Source: Ginkgo biloba
Taxonomy: Eukaryota; Plantae; Ginkgophyta
Assembly (NCBI GenBank): GCA_024626585.2
Contig: JANKJI020000004.1
Coordinates: 90,427,495 to 90,454,230 of the forward strand
Direction of reading: 5' to 3'
DNA: 26,736 nucleotides
The notes under the pieces were generated by a model. It searched no databases. It was given only the letters and a program-made list of their open reading frames with translations, and was not told where the DNA came from. Made by a program: the position numbers and the translations under genes. Each line of letters opens with the position of its first letter. The first letter of the stretch is position 1. Below are positions 11,973-22,945 of the stretch, piece by piece.

Positions 11973-12805
11973 TTCCTTCTTCATGGATACCACATACCTA
12001 TAATTCCTATATTTTTCTCTTCATGCTTATATCATTTGGCCGCTATATGTAATTTTCCTTCACACTTTGATTTTGGTGTAGATATGAATCTAGATTTATG
12101 ATCTGAGCCATTATAGTTGATTCCTACTTAGGGTTTTTTCAAACGTACTTCATTAAGAGGTGAGGGTTTACTGATCCTTAATGAACANNNNNNNNNNNNN
12201 NNNNNNNNNNNNNNNNNNNNNNNNNNNNNNNNNNNNNNNNNNNNNNNNNNNNNNNNNNNNNNNNNNNNNNNNNNNNNNNNNNNNNNNNNNNNNNNNNNTG
12301 CATTACTTAGAAGGATCGATAGTCCACACTCCAATATGATTGAAAAATCCATCACATTGTATTTCATAATCTTTTTGGTTTTGTGGCTTCAAGCCATACT
12401 TTGGGGATCTTATTCCAAATCTTTGAACTCTGAAAACCTGATATCTCCTTGGATTTATTTCAATCATGTCCTCCTTAATGCGTTTGAATTTTTCCATCGA
12501 GTCCATATGGTGTGTGCACATCATATGCCTTATCTCTCCATTCAAACTCTAAACTTTGAACTCCACTTTCCTTTGGTTCNNNNNNNNNNNNNNNNNNNNN
12601 NNNNNNNNNNNNNNNNNNNNNNNNNNNNNNNNNNNNNNNNNNNNNNNNNNTTGTTATATTCCCTTCTCAAGTCCACATGACATCAAGTGCTATTATCAAC
12701 CATGAAAACCCAAACCTTTGACATCAAAAGTTCATTACTTAAACCTCTACCAAAATTTTGTCCATACCACACTTTTTTCAATGTTGTAGGAATGTTGTCA
12801 TATCA
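11973..12805 (-). mobile_element. Repeat A copy (A2 type): 3' LTR of a CRM chromovirus, starting TGATA at 12805
   Basis: Closely matches 16317-17144. On the minus strand it directly follows a PPT and a chromodomain-coding segment. Confidence 0.8.
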
Positions 12806-12818
12806 TCTTCCTTCACTT
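12806..12818 (-). promoter_or_regulatory. Polypurine tract AAGTGAAGGAAGA
   Basis: Abuts the TGAT LTR start. The overlapping frame reads FVQVKEDD, resembling the typical CRM pol end (Q-x-G/K-E-D-D-A). Confidence 0.75.
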
Positions 12819-12883
12819 GTACAAATTTATAGGTGCTCCTACTAGTGTTGCTCAAAATTTCTNNNNNNNNNNNNNNNNNNNNN

Positions 12884-13113
12884 ATTTCATCCAACTTTTT
12901 AAGTTATTCCTATATTATCCAAAGTGTTTTCTTCTTGTGGTATCCCTCTCTACTTCACTAAATACCTGGTGTAACTACTAATTCTAGTTTCTACCACCTT
13001 TCGGTCCAAAACTTCTTCCACTTCCTCTTTATTTCTCTTTGGTATTTTCTACTGCTAATCTAGCACCTCTTCTTCTGGTCAATTATTTCCTTGTTACCTA
13101 TACAGGATTGAAG
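12884..13113 (-). pseudogene. pol: Gypsy integrase C-terminus with type II chromodomain
   Basis: Minus strand reads VLD*Q*KIPKRNKEEVEEVLDRKVVETRISSYTRYLVK*RGIPQEENT-(frameshift)-WII*E*LKKLD. This matches the chromodomain pattern EVExILD...YLVKWxGxxxxxxTW. The first and third aromatic-cage positions are non-aromatic. Confidence 0.85.
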
Positions 13114-13821
13114 NNNNNNNNNNNNNNNNNNNNNNNNNNNNNNNNNNNNNNNNNNNNNNNNNNNNNNNNNNNNNNNNNNNNNNNNNNNNNNNNNNNNNNN
13201 NNNNNNNNNNNNNCCTTTTATCATTCTCACCTTTAGTGGTGATTGTAAAGGTTCAAGGATCCTCTAAAAACCCTTCTATCCTAATAAAAATAAATATATA
13301 TGGTCGAAAAGTAGTAATAGATTACAAGAATGATAAATGAGATAAGATGTTAAGTGAAAATGAGAATTATGATTAATGTATCATATTTATGTTCCAATAT
13401 TAGCTATATATTCCTAATTTATAAGTTACTTTGTAACTTTTTTACTTTATGATTTATAGGTTTTTTAAATTATTAGTTGTAGTGAGGTACCTTCGAATTA
13501 CTTATTTGATGGTTCGAGTTTCAATCATATAAAAATAATGCATCTAAGGAAATTAAAATCTTAATGTAATATTTTGTTATTAGAGGTGATTTTAAAAAAT
13601 AGGTGTCTCCTATTCCATATGATTTAAAATATTTTGTTTTTATTTTAAGGAATTCTATAATTTTTTAAGATATACTAGTATTTTAATGCCATTGAAGGCT
13701 AGAGAAGCTAGAGATAGTAATATCCTACTCATAAGAAAGTAGTTTCTTGTGTTTTAAGGATACAATGATTACTCCAGTATGTTTCTTTGCAAATACTAAA
13801 CATAAATTCTATATATATATA

Positions 13822-14634
13822 ATCTTTGATTAATGATTGGAAATGGTATGAGAATGGTGTTTTTGGTTATGACAAGTAGATTAATTAAGAGCATGAATTA
13901 ATGACCCTAAATTTATTGAAAAAAGAGCCATTGAAAAAATATTCAGATTCCTATACTAATTTATACCTTATTAACCCTAAAGCAACAAATGGAAACTAAA
14001 ATTCTCATTATCTAGAAGTTGGATCTTATATTAGGAAAGTAGTTCATATTGTACACTGCCACAAAAATACACCAAAAAATTTAAAAATATTTTAAACCAG
14101 AATTTATTAGATCAAACACTAATATGACATTTTTTCACATTTAATTAACTAAGATAAATGACCAATATTATTTAAAAACACTGCACCTCCAATATCTTTC
14201 ACTTATTGCATGCATGTAAATAATGGACTAACCTTTATTTCTCACATTTTAAACACTCTTTGGCCTATAGATTGAAATAAATATATCATTATCTCTCATA
14301 AAGTTTCCAATCTCAAATATTAACATTTGTATTTTCAACACTTTTGTAGCATTATCAACCAAATCAATGCTCACCTTCAATATATAGTCAACATAAGAAT
14401 CCTATAAAATCCATGATGTATTATTTCAAAATAGTAAGTTATTGTGTCTATCAACATGGTCACTTCAAAGTATTCGAATAGCAATCTAGGTTTTGAATTC
14501 CTTTTTCTACAAATATGCCCAAATTATTTTTCAATAATAAATAATTAGTTCGCTCTCCCTTATGCTCTTGACTAATCTAATTGCCACAAGTAATAACACC
14601 ATTCTCATACCATTTCCAATCATTGACCAAAGAT
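13822..14634. mobile_element. Putative non-autonomous TIR DNA transposon (MITE/Mutator-like), 73-bp TIRs
   Basis: 13822-13894 vs reverse complement of 14562-14634: 63/73 identical, ungapped, with a 30-bp exact core aatgattggaaatggtatgagaatggtgtt. Flanked by (TA)n on the left and TA/TC microsatellite on the right. No transposase seen inside. Confidence 0.6.
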
Positions 14635-14635
14635 A

Positions 14636-14685
14636 ATATATCTATATCTATATCTATATATCTATATCTATATATCTATCTATCT
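14636..14685 (+). repeat. (ATATCT)n/(TATC)n microsatellite running into a gap
   Basis: atatatctatatctatatctatatatctatatctatatatctatctatct. Confidence 0.95.
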
Positions 14686-14889
14686 NNNNNNNNNNNNNNN
14701 NNNNNNNNNNNNNNNNNNNNNNNNNNNNNNNNNNNNNNNNNNNNNNNNNNNNNNNNNNNNNNNNNNNNNNNNNNNNNNNNNNNNNAAAAAAATAGTAAAG
14801 TTATTATTTTATTTCTTCTCAAAGTTTGTTGGGTTACTATTCCTTTTTCACGTTGTTCTCAGATTCTTGTCAATTTTTTGAGCTTCTGA

Positions 14890-15660
14890 TTGATTTATTG
14901 ATGCACTACAATCTCATGCACATACACTTCCTCCTATCTACAACCTATGAGTGCTCCTAATACTTTGTTCGATAGTTTATAAACATACATAGTGGCCTCA
15001 AGTGTCTTCAAGTTATCCTGCATCCTAGTTCTTCTCACCTATATACCTATATCATGCTTCATCACTCCATGGCCAATATACTATGTCAACTTACAAGATA
15101 TAATGTCCATTCTCTCTAGTGAAGCTTAGATATGGATCGTGTGTTACACCTATAATTTTTTCCATGTCCACAATCTTTATAAACCTCTCCTCCTGTCAAG
15201 AGTTCTTCAAGGTTTTAAATTCCTATTTTTTCCCTTTTTCACGTTGGGTTCACTATAGGCCTGTGTGGTCCATGGGTGATCCTCTTCATGTAGGCCTTCA
15301 CCCTCACTACTACATTTGGTTCCACAAAACATAGATCTAGTGAGCTACCTCCTCAATCTCTCAAACCCTGCATCCATAACCTACCCAATATTTTTAGCAC
15401 CTTATGGCAACACTCAAGGTCATTTTTACCATGGCTTTCATTCATGGGATCTCCCATAACATGGTGATCTTTCAACCTTCCATGAACCACCTAAAAACTA
15501 CGTTGTTCACATTGTTATTCTACTATATTAAGATACTAATAGACCCCTCAATCATCTTATTATCCTCTCATTGGGTGTTCCAGATGTTACTACTCTTGGC
15601 CTTTAGGACCTCAAACCACCAAAACTGTGCATTCTTCTTATAATGAAATACGAACCATGG
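14890..15660 (-). mobile_element. Purine-rich decayed retroelement-like segment, possibly a distant family E relative
   Basis: Minus strand is A/G-rich. Short similarity aaaaccttgaagaactcttgacaggaggagagg vs 2263-2297 agaaccctaagaaaatccttgacaaggaaggaagg. No recognisable domain. Confidence 0.3.
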
Positions 15661-15812
15661 ACCATAATTCTCAAGATAAGAACATTAAAAAATCATAAAA
15701 TCCTCACACCCGATAATAATTTTAATGAATAAGCCTAATCAATCTAAATTCACATACAAACACTTATCTCATACCATTCAGGCTAAGGATACCACTTATT
15801 TATAATACCAAA

Positions 15813-15868
15813 TGTAAAAAAAAATATTAATATTTTTCTAACATCTATAAAATGAACACAGACAACAA
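15813..15868 (+). repeat. TGT-initiated ~52-bp repeat running into a gap (probable LTR end of a collapsed high-copy element)
   Basis: tgtaaaaaaaaatattaatatttttctaacatctataaaatgaacacagac; similar to 22794-22845. Confidence 0.55.
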
Positions 15869-16142
15869 NNNNNNNNNNNNNNNNNNNNNNNNNNNNNNNN
15901 NNNNNNNNNNNNNNNNNNNNNNNNNNNNNNNNNNNNNNNNNNNNNNNNNNNNNNNNNNNNNNNNNNNNAAAAATTATATTTCATATGTTATTATGTTTTA
16001 ACAAAAGATTAATCTAAACATTCTATGGTAAAAGCATTGATGTCAAGATGTTTAAAAAAATCATCAATTTTTTTGAATAATTCAGTTGACTCCCAAAAAT
16101 TGCCAAGAAATCACTTTTTTCTAAAAAATTCACCAAACCTTA

Positions 16143-17144
16143 TGACTAAGCTTATAAGTGCTTTCAAGTTCTAGGCCCCAACATTCCCTCTGAATATTTT
16201 GGTTGGTGAATTTCATTAAGTCTCCCTAATGTATCTTGTAATTAATACACTACAACAACCATATTCCCCTTGGCATGGCCTCTTCCTCTTGGCCATCTAG
16301 TAGTTGCTGTGATAAATTCCTTCTTCATAGATGTCACACACCTATAATTCCTATATTTTTCTCTTCGTGCTTAATTCCTTTGCCTGCTATGTAATTTTCC
16401 TTCACACTTTGATTTTGGTGTAGATATGAATATGGATTCATCATCTGAGCTATTATAGTTGATTCCTACTTAGGGTTTTTTCAAATGTACTTCATTAAGA
16501 GGTGAGGGGTTCCTAATCCTTAATCAACATATGGACTCATATGCACAATACCACTGGATATTTTTGCTACTATTATATTGACATATAGTTATTACATGCC
16601 TTGTGTCATCCACCACTCCTCTTTGAGCTCTTTAGCTAGTCGGTGCATTGCTCAGAAGGATCGATTGTCCACACTCCAAAATGCTTGAAACCTCCATCAC
16701 ATTTTATTTCATAATCTTTTTGGGTATGTGGATTCAAGCCATACTTTGGGGATCTCATTCCAAATCTTTGAACTATGAAAACTTGATATTTCCTTCAATT
16801 TCTTTGAATCATGTCCTCCTCAATGTATTTGAATTTTTCCATCGAGTCCATACGATGTGTGCACATCACATGCCCTATCTCTCCTTTCAAACTCTAAACT
16901 TTGAAATCCAATTTCCTTTGGTGCTTGTTATTTTTTTATCAACTCAATTTTATGTTTCTAACATCTCCACCTAAATCTCAATGCTCCCTACATTAGAAAA
17001 ATAAGTTTATTATATTCCCCTCTCGAGTCCACATGACATCAATTTCTATTATCAACCACAAAAAACCAAATCTTTGACATCAAAATTTCAGTACTTAAAC
17101 CTCTACAAAAAAAATTTCAATGTTGTAGGGATGCTCTTGCATCA
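16143..17144 (-). mobile_element. Repeat A copy (A2 type): 3' LTR of a CRM chromovirus, starting TGATG at 17144
   Basis: Minus strand reads caagtgaaggagga|TGATGcaagagcatccc (LQVKEDDA). TGATG is the canonical CRM LTR start. Aligns with the other A copies; truncated near the (GAA)n tract. Confidence 0.85.
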
Positions 17145-17157
17145 TCCTCCTTCACTT
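17145..17157 (-). promoter_or_regulatory. Polypurine tract AAGTGAAGGAGGA
   Basis: Directly precedes TGATG; nearly identical to 12806-12818. Confidence 0.8.
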
Positions 17158-17979
17158 GTAAAANNNNNNNNNNNNNNNNNNNNNNNNNNNNNNNNNNNNN
17201 NNNNNNNNNNNNNNNNNNNNNNNNNNNNNNNNNNNNNNNNNNNNNNNNNNNNNNNNNNNNNNNNNNNNNNNNNNNNNNNNNNNNNNNNNNNNNNNNNNNN
17301 NNNNNNNNNNNNNNNNNNNNNNNNNNNNNNNNNNNNNNNNNNNNNNNNNNNNNNNNNNNNNNNNNNNNNNNNNNNNNNNNNNNNNNNNNNNNNNNNNNNN
17401 NNNNNNNNNNNNNNNNNNNNNNNNNNNNNNNNNNNNNNNNNNNNNNNNNNNNNNNNNNNNNNNNNNNNNNNNNNNNNNNNNNNNNNNNNNNNNNNNNNNN
17501 NNNNNNNNNNNNNNNNNNNNNNNNNNNNNNNNNNNNNNNNNNNNNNNNNNNNNNNNNNNNNNNNNNNNNNNNNNNNNNNNNNNNNNNNNNNNNNNNNNNN
17601 NNNNNNNNNNNNNNNNNNNNNNNNNNNNNNNNNNNNNNNNNNNNNNNNNNNNNNNNNNNNNNNNNNNNNNNNNNNNNNNNNNNNNNNNNNNNNNNNNNNN
17701 NNNNNNNNNNNNNNNNNNNNNNNNNNNNNNNNNNNNNNNNNNNNNNNNNNNNNNNNNNNNNNNNNNNNNNNNNNNNNNNNNNNNNNNNNNNNNNNNNNNN
17801 NNNNNNNNNNNNNNNNNNNNNNNNNNNNNNNNNNNNNNNNNNNNNNNNNNNNNNNNNNNNNNNNNNNNNNNNNNNNNNNNNNNNNNNNNNNNNNNNNNNN
17901 NNNNNNNNNNNNNNNNNNNNNNNNNNNNNNNNNNNNNNNNNNNNNNNNNNNNNNNNNNNNNNNNNNNNNNNNNNNNNNN

Positions 17980-19012
17980 ATAGTTTGGTATCCAACATCC
18001 TCTACAATGCCCTCCAAAAGTGACTTAAGAATTTTTTGCCATGGTCATATGTGATGCTCTTTGGGAATCCACACAGTCATGTGACTTCTTGAAATAATAA
18101 GGTGGTTTTCTTTTTTGCATTATTTGTCTTCTTATAAGGAATGATGTGTGCCATTTTTAAAATTGATTAACGACTACAAAGAAGAAGTTGTTCCTCCTTT
18201 AGTTATATGGAAATCCCAATATGAAGTCGATCATGATGTTAGTCTAAGGTCCTTCCAAAACTAGTAATGGATTCTCTAATCTGACATTGTTTGATTGCCT
18301 TTGGTCAATTCACACCTTCAACATATTTCCATAAATCTACTCACTTGTCTTTTCAAGATTAGCCAATAATATCTTTATTTGACTATTACCACTCTCATTT
18401 CTTTGCCAAAGTGACCTCCCAATTTGCCATTATACAAATCACTTATGATGTTCTCTCTCATGGAGTTATCCAATATGCAAAGATGCTTTCCTTTGAACAA
18501 GTATGATCTAAGCTAGGATAAATACACTTCATATAAATGTTTGTTAGTTTTCATTAGGTTTTTGAGATAACACCACATCTCCAAAGTCTTTGTGAGCCTT
18601 ATACATCTCTTTATGGCTTAAAATCCCATGACCTTGTTGTTCATTATCTCTAAGAGAGTTGATCTTCTTCTCAAGGTATCAACTACCCAATTTGATTTCA
18701 CAAATTTATGTTTCAGCAGAAAAGAATAGCTTTGTAATAATTCTACCTAGTTTACATGTCTGGCGCTCAATTTGTGAGTTTATGAACTTCAACACTTTAT
18801 GGTTTGTATATAATACAAAATATTTGGTCAACAAATAATGTCTCTAAAATATCAAGGATTACATATAGTGTGGAATTCCAAATCGTACACTAAGTATTTC
18901 TTCCTAGCATCATTTGAATTTTTACAAAAGAATGCAATTGACTTGCCCTCTTGACTTATCATTCCTCTAATACCAACTCCTAAATCATTACATTTAAATT
19001 CAAATACTCGAT
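17980..19012 (-). pseudogene. pol: Ty3/Gypsy (CRM-like) pol remnant: RNase H plus integrase
   Basis: VFEFKCNDLGVGIRGMISQEGKSIAFF...KYLVYDLEF (RNase H); LFKGKHLCILDNSMRENIISDLYNGKLGGHFGK...RYYW..C*RC (zinc finger); P*TNIMIDFILGFP...KMAHIIPYKKTNNA...LLFQEVT*LCGFPKSITYDHGKKFLSHFWRAL*RMLDTKL (INT core). RH-INT order is diagnostic of Gypsy. Confidence 0.93.
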
Positions 19013-19254
19013 TTGATGGTTCTAAATGGTATCCATGAATCTTTACCCTCCTTGCATCACATGAAAAAAATCAATCATACCTCCAAAATCTAAAACTCTT
19101 CTATATTCCCTTCTTTGGTCAACAAGACATCAAGTGCTACTATCGATGATAAAAATTCAAACCTCTAACATTGAAAGTTTGGCACTTAAACCTCTACCAA
19201 AATTTTATCCATACTACACTTCCAACAGTGTTGTAGGGATGCCTTTACTCATCA
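19013..19254 (-). repeat. Repeat A copy (A1 type), first ~240 bp only, fused directly to the RNase H remnant
   Basis: Reverse complement matches 20443-20690. Starts TGATG at 19254. No gap at the 19012/19013 junction. Confidence 0.8.
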
Positions 19255-20050
19255 TCTACATTCAAAGGGACAAGATGACATGGTGGAAATTAGTGACTAT
19301 GGGTATTGTATTATTAGTTATTGAAAATAGTTATTAGCATGAGAGTTCTTTTCACAACATTATTTTTTCTAATTTTGGGTTGAAACCTATAGGAGTTGCT
19401 AATACAACCTTTATCTTGTCCTCATGCAACACACAGAAAATTCTAAGCAATATCCCATTTAATATAAACATGAGAGTGATGCATGAAGATCTAAGGAAAA
19501 ATACATCCTTTAGCAGTTATGACTACAAGACCTCCCATGCATGAAGTAGAGGAGCACCCATTTCCTACGTGTGGTAAACCTGTAAGTAGTTGATCTGTCA
19601 GTCTGATTTCACTATTTTCCTCTTCAATCTTGTTAGCCACATATTTTCATCAATGTTATTGGTTCCTGTGTGCATCTTGTTGACTACTTCATCTAATACA
19701 AGTAGAGGAGATTATAATCCTTTCTTCCATCTATTGTACACATAATCCTTTCTTCCATCTATCTTATTACTATGTCAATGAAATGGGCACTAGTTCTACT
19801 GTCGGTCTCAGCAGATTAGTGCCTTTTATGAGCTTTGTATTATCTCTCATAGTTGGAGTTGTATGGGTTTTAGTTTTTATGGATTTAACCTATTTTTTTA
19901 TAAGTAGCAATGCATTGTATCCAAAATACTAGGAAATACAAGAAACTTTATGTTCCGTTTAGAAATTTGTTTGAAGAATTATGATCAATATTACTATGAA
20001 ATGTATAATGTGTAATATGGTGTTAAATCGAAATGATAGATGATGCATGT
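19255..20050 (-). repeat. Segment B, second copy
   Basis: Inverted, collinear match to 9598-10393. Carries a private 21-bp duplication (19714-19734 and 19742-19762). Confidence 0.8.
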
Positions 20051-20234
20051 NNNNNNNNNNNNNNNNNNNNNNNNNNNNNNNNNNNNNNNNNNNNNNNNNN
20101 NNNNNNNNNNNNNNNNNNNNNNNNNNNNNNNNNNNNNNNNNNNNNNNNNNTTTTATTTTCAACTTTTTGCATAAATAAAAATTGTATATCACATAAAGGA
20201 TAAAATATATTATAATATATCAACTTAAAAAAAC

Positions 20235-21716
20235 AAATGGATTTGTACATGATGAAGGATTATAAATAATATCTACAACTTATATTAGTTTATAAAAATC
20301 CCATGAGGGTTCCATCTCTAAAATTAAAAAACACAATTGTGAAAAGACCTCTCATGCTAATAATTTTTTCCAATACTTAACAACTTAATATCCATAGTCA
20401 CTAATTTCTACTATCTCATCTTGTCCCTTCTAATGTAGATGATGATGTAGGGGCATCCCTGTAAAATTGGTGGAAGTGTAGTATAAAGAAAAATTTTGTA
20501 GATATTTAAGTGCGAAAGTTTCGATGTTGGAGGTTTTGATTTTTTAAATTAATAGTTGCACTTGAGGTCCTATTGACCCAAGAAGGGAATAGAGAAGAGT
20601 TTTGGATTTTGGAGGTATATATGAGATTTTTCTTTTGATGTAAGGAAGGTTGAGATTTATGCAAATCCATTGGAACTATAAGATCAAGTTGATAAAAAAA
20701 GGACGAGTGCCAATGGTAAGCAAAGTTCATAGTTTGGAATTCAAAAAGAGAGATGGGGCATGTAGTTTCCACACACCCCACATACCCAAAATGAAATCCA
20801 ATTGAACTGAGGGGGACTTGATTGAAAGTAATCCAAGGAGGATATCATGTTTTTATAGCTTGAGGATTTGGAAAAAGAAACCCAAAGAATGGCTTGAATC
20901 CACAAACCCCAAAAGATTATGAAATACAATGTGATGGAGGTTTTAGGTGTCTTGGATTGTGAATTATTGATCCAACTAAATGAAGAACCAACTAGTGAAA
21001 GATCATAGAGAGGAGTGGTGGATGACATACATCATTCTATAACTATACATCAACTCTACAATAATAGATAATTATAGTGGCACCATGCATATGATATTGT
21101 ATGTTAATTAAGAAAAGATAAGGAACCCCTCACCTCTTAAATGAAGTAGGTTTGAAATACCATTAGGAAAAAATCAATTATGATGGCTTAAATGATGAAT
21201 GCATTTGCACGTCTACTTTAGAATCAAAGCATAAACAATAATTACACATAGAGGTCAAAGGAAGTAGGTGCACAAAGGAAAATATATGCATTTTAGGTAG
21301 GAGGAAATCCATTAAGAAGGAATTTATCACAACAGATTTTAAATAGCCCAAAGTAAGATGCGATGCTAAGAGGAATATGGTCATTGTAGTGTCTTCATGG
21401 AAGGAGATATTAAGGAGCCTTATTTCAGTTCACCAACTAGAACGTTAAGCTAGAATGTAAGCGCTAAGAATTTAAAAGAACTTATAAGTGACTAATCAAA
21501 AGAAGAAGAAATAGGGGAAGAGTTAGTAGGAGGAAGAAAAGAAAAGTATGGAGAACCATGCAATCTAGATCAGATCATTGATCATGAGATAGTTCTAGAG
21601 GAAGGCAAATTTGAGATAGAGAGAATGATACACAAGCAGACCACCACCTAAGATGAAACTTGGGAGAAGGGAGAAAGGATGAAAAGGGTGAGAGGAACGT
21701 GCATCAAGATGAGGAT
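20235..21716 (+). repeat. Segment B 3' end (to ~20442) plus the longest repeat A1 copy (TGATG at 20443)
   Basis: TGATGtaggggcatccct aligns in register with the A2 start TGATGcaagagcatccct. Continuous alignment with the other copies up to the gap. Confidence 0.85.
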
Positions 21717-21816
21717 NNNNNNNNNNNNNNNNNNNNNNNNNNNNNNNNNNNNNNNNNNNNNNNNNNNNNNNNNNNNNNNNNNNNNNNNNNNNNNNNNNNN
21801 NNNNNNNNNNNNNNNN

Positions 21817-22363
21817 CTCTTTTAAAGTATGCATATACAGAATACATCAAAAAACTTTCACACGACTTATCATAGGCTTATTTCCAACCCAAATATCCTC
21901 ATGGATTTTACCCCACATTGCTCTTGTCAAACTTTTATTCATCAAGTAAGATTTCTTACATACAACATCTTCCTATAAATAGTCCAACACATTTATTCCC
22001 TTGATCATCATCTTAGCAATTTCAACCAAGGTTGAATTCATCTTTTTCACTATGCCATTCTATTAAGGTGCATAGCAAGTCATGAATTGCCTCTAGATTC
22101 CACGATCCTTATAATACTAATTGACCTTCATTGATATATACTTGTCTCCATTATCTATTCCCANNNNNNNNNNNNNNNNNNNNNACATGTCGCTCTACTA
22201 ACTCCTTGAATTACTTGAAGATTGTGAATATCTATGATTTCTCCCTCAAGGGATAGACCTATACCTTTCTTGAATAGTCGTCAATGAAGATCAAAAAGTA
22301 CTTTTTCCCTCCAAGTGATATAGTTGTCATTGGTCCATAGATATTTGAGTGTACCAATTTTAA
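21817..22363 (-). pseudogene. pol: Ty1/Copia integrase remnant, same family as 6651-6916
   Basis: LKLVHSNIYGPMTTISLGGKKYFLIFIDDYSRKV*VYPLREKS...DNGDKY...NGIVKKMNSTLVEIAK...YLMNKSLTRAMWGKIHEDIWVGNKPMISRVKVF*CILYMH. Confidence 0.95.
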
Positions 22364-22675
22364 GTATGTTTCTTTCTATGTTTATGTGTATATGCGTGGT
22401 TGATCATTTTTTATATGTGATGTCATTATGTGTGTCTAGGAAGCACCCATTAAAAGAACAATAATGATAGACTATAGGTGCCCAGTGTAATTCACTAATA
22501 ATGACTAGCAAATTAGTCTATTCATATCTTAGAGGTAGTTGGCAATAGAAGTTGGTGTAGTGATTAATTGATATATCATCTATTTTATCAAGAAATGGAA
22601 TTAATAAATCTAATTGGGCTAAAAGGGAGTTTGTCAAGAAAATTATCGATAAAGAGGTTAGTAAGGGGTTGACTA

Positions 22676-22793
22676 TATCATTTAGTATCAGAGAGTTTGG
22701 CTCGTTGAATAATAGTATTAGTAGACCAAGGATGGCACCCAGGGCATCCAAAGGAGTTAGAGAAGCTAACCTAGTAATTAAAACCCTGATGAG
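22676..22793 (+). mobile_element. gag: 5' LTR end, tRNA-iMet PBS and gag start of an LTR element
   Basis: ...TATCA(22680)-tt-TAGTATCAGAG (22683-22693, one G>A from TGGTATCAGAG). ATG at 22732 reads MAPRASKGVREANLVIKTLM and is interrupted at 22794. Confidence 0.6.
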
Positions 22794-22845
22794 TGTAAAA
22801 AATGAATATTAGAATTTTTTTGACATAAAAAAAATGAACACAAAC
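22794..22845 (+). repeat. Second copy of the TGT-initiated repeat, inserted into the gag start and running into a gap
   Basis: tgtaaaaaatgaatattagaatttttttgacataaaaaaaatgaacacaaac; similar to 15813-15863. Confidence 0.55.
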
Positions 22846-22945
22846 NNNNNNNNNNNNNNNNNNNNNNNNNNNNNNNNNNNNNNNNNNNNNNNNNNNNNNN
22901 NNNNNNNNNNNNNNNNNNNNNNNNNNNNNNNNNNNNNNNNNNNNN

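Noticed and set aside
17074-18054. Three ~300-aa ORFs in the ORF track
   Set aside because: They consist almost entirely of the 816-N gap.
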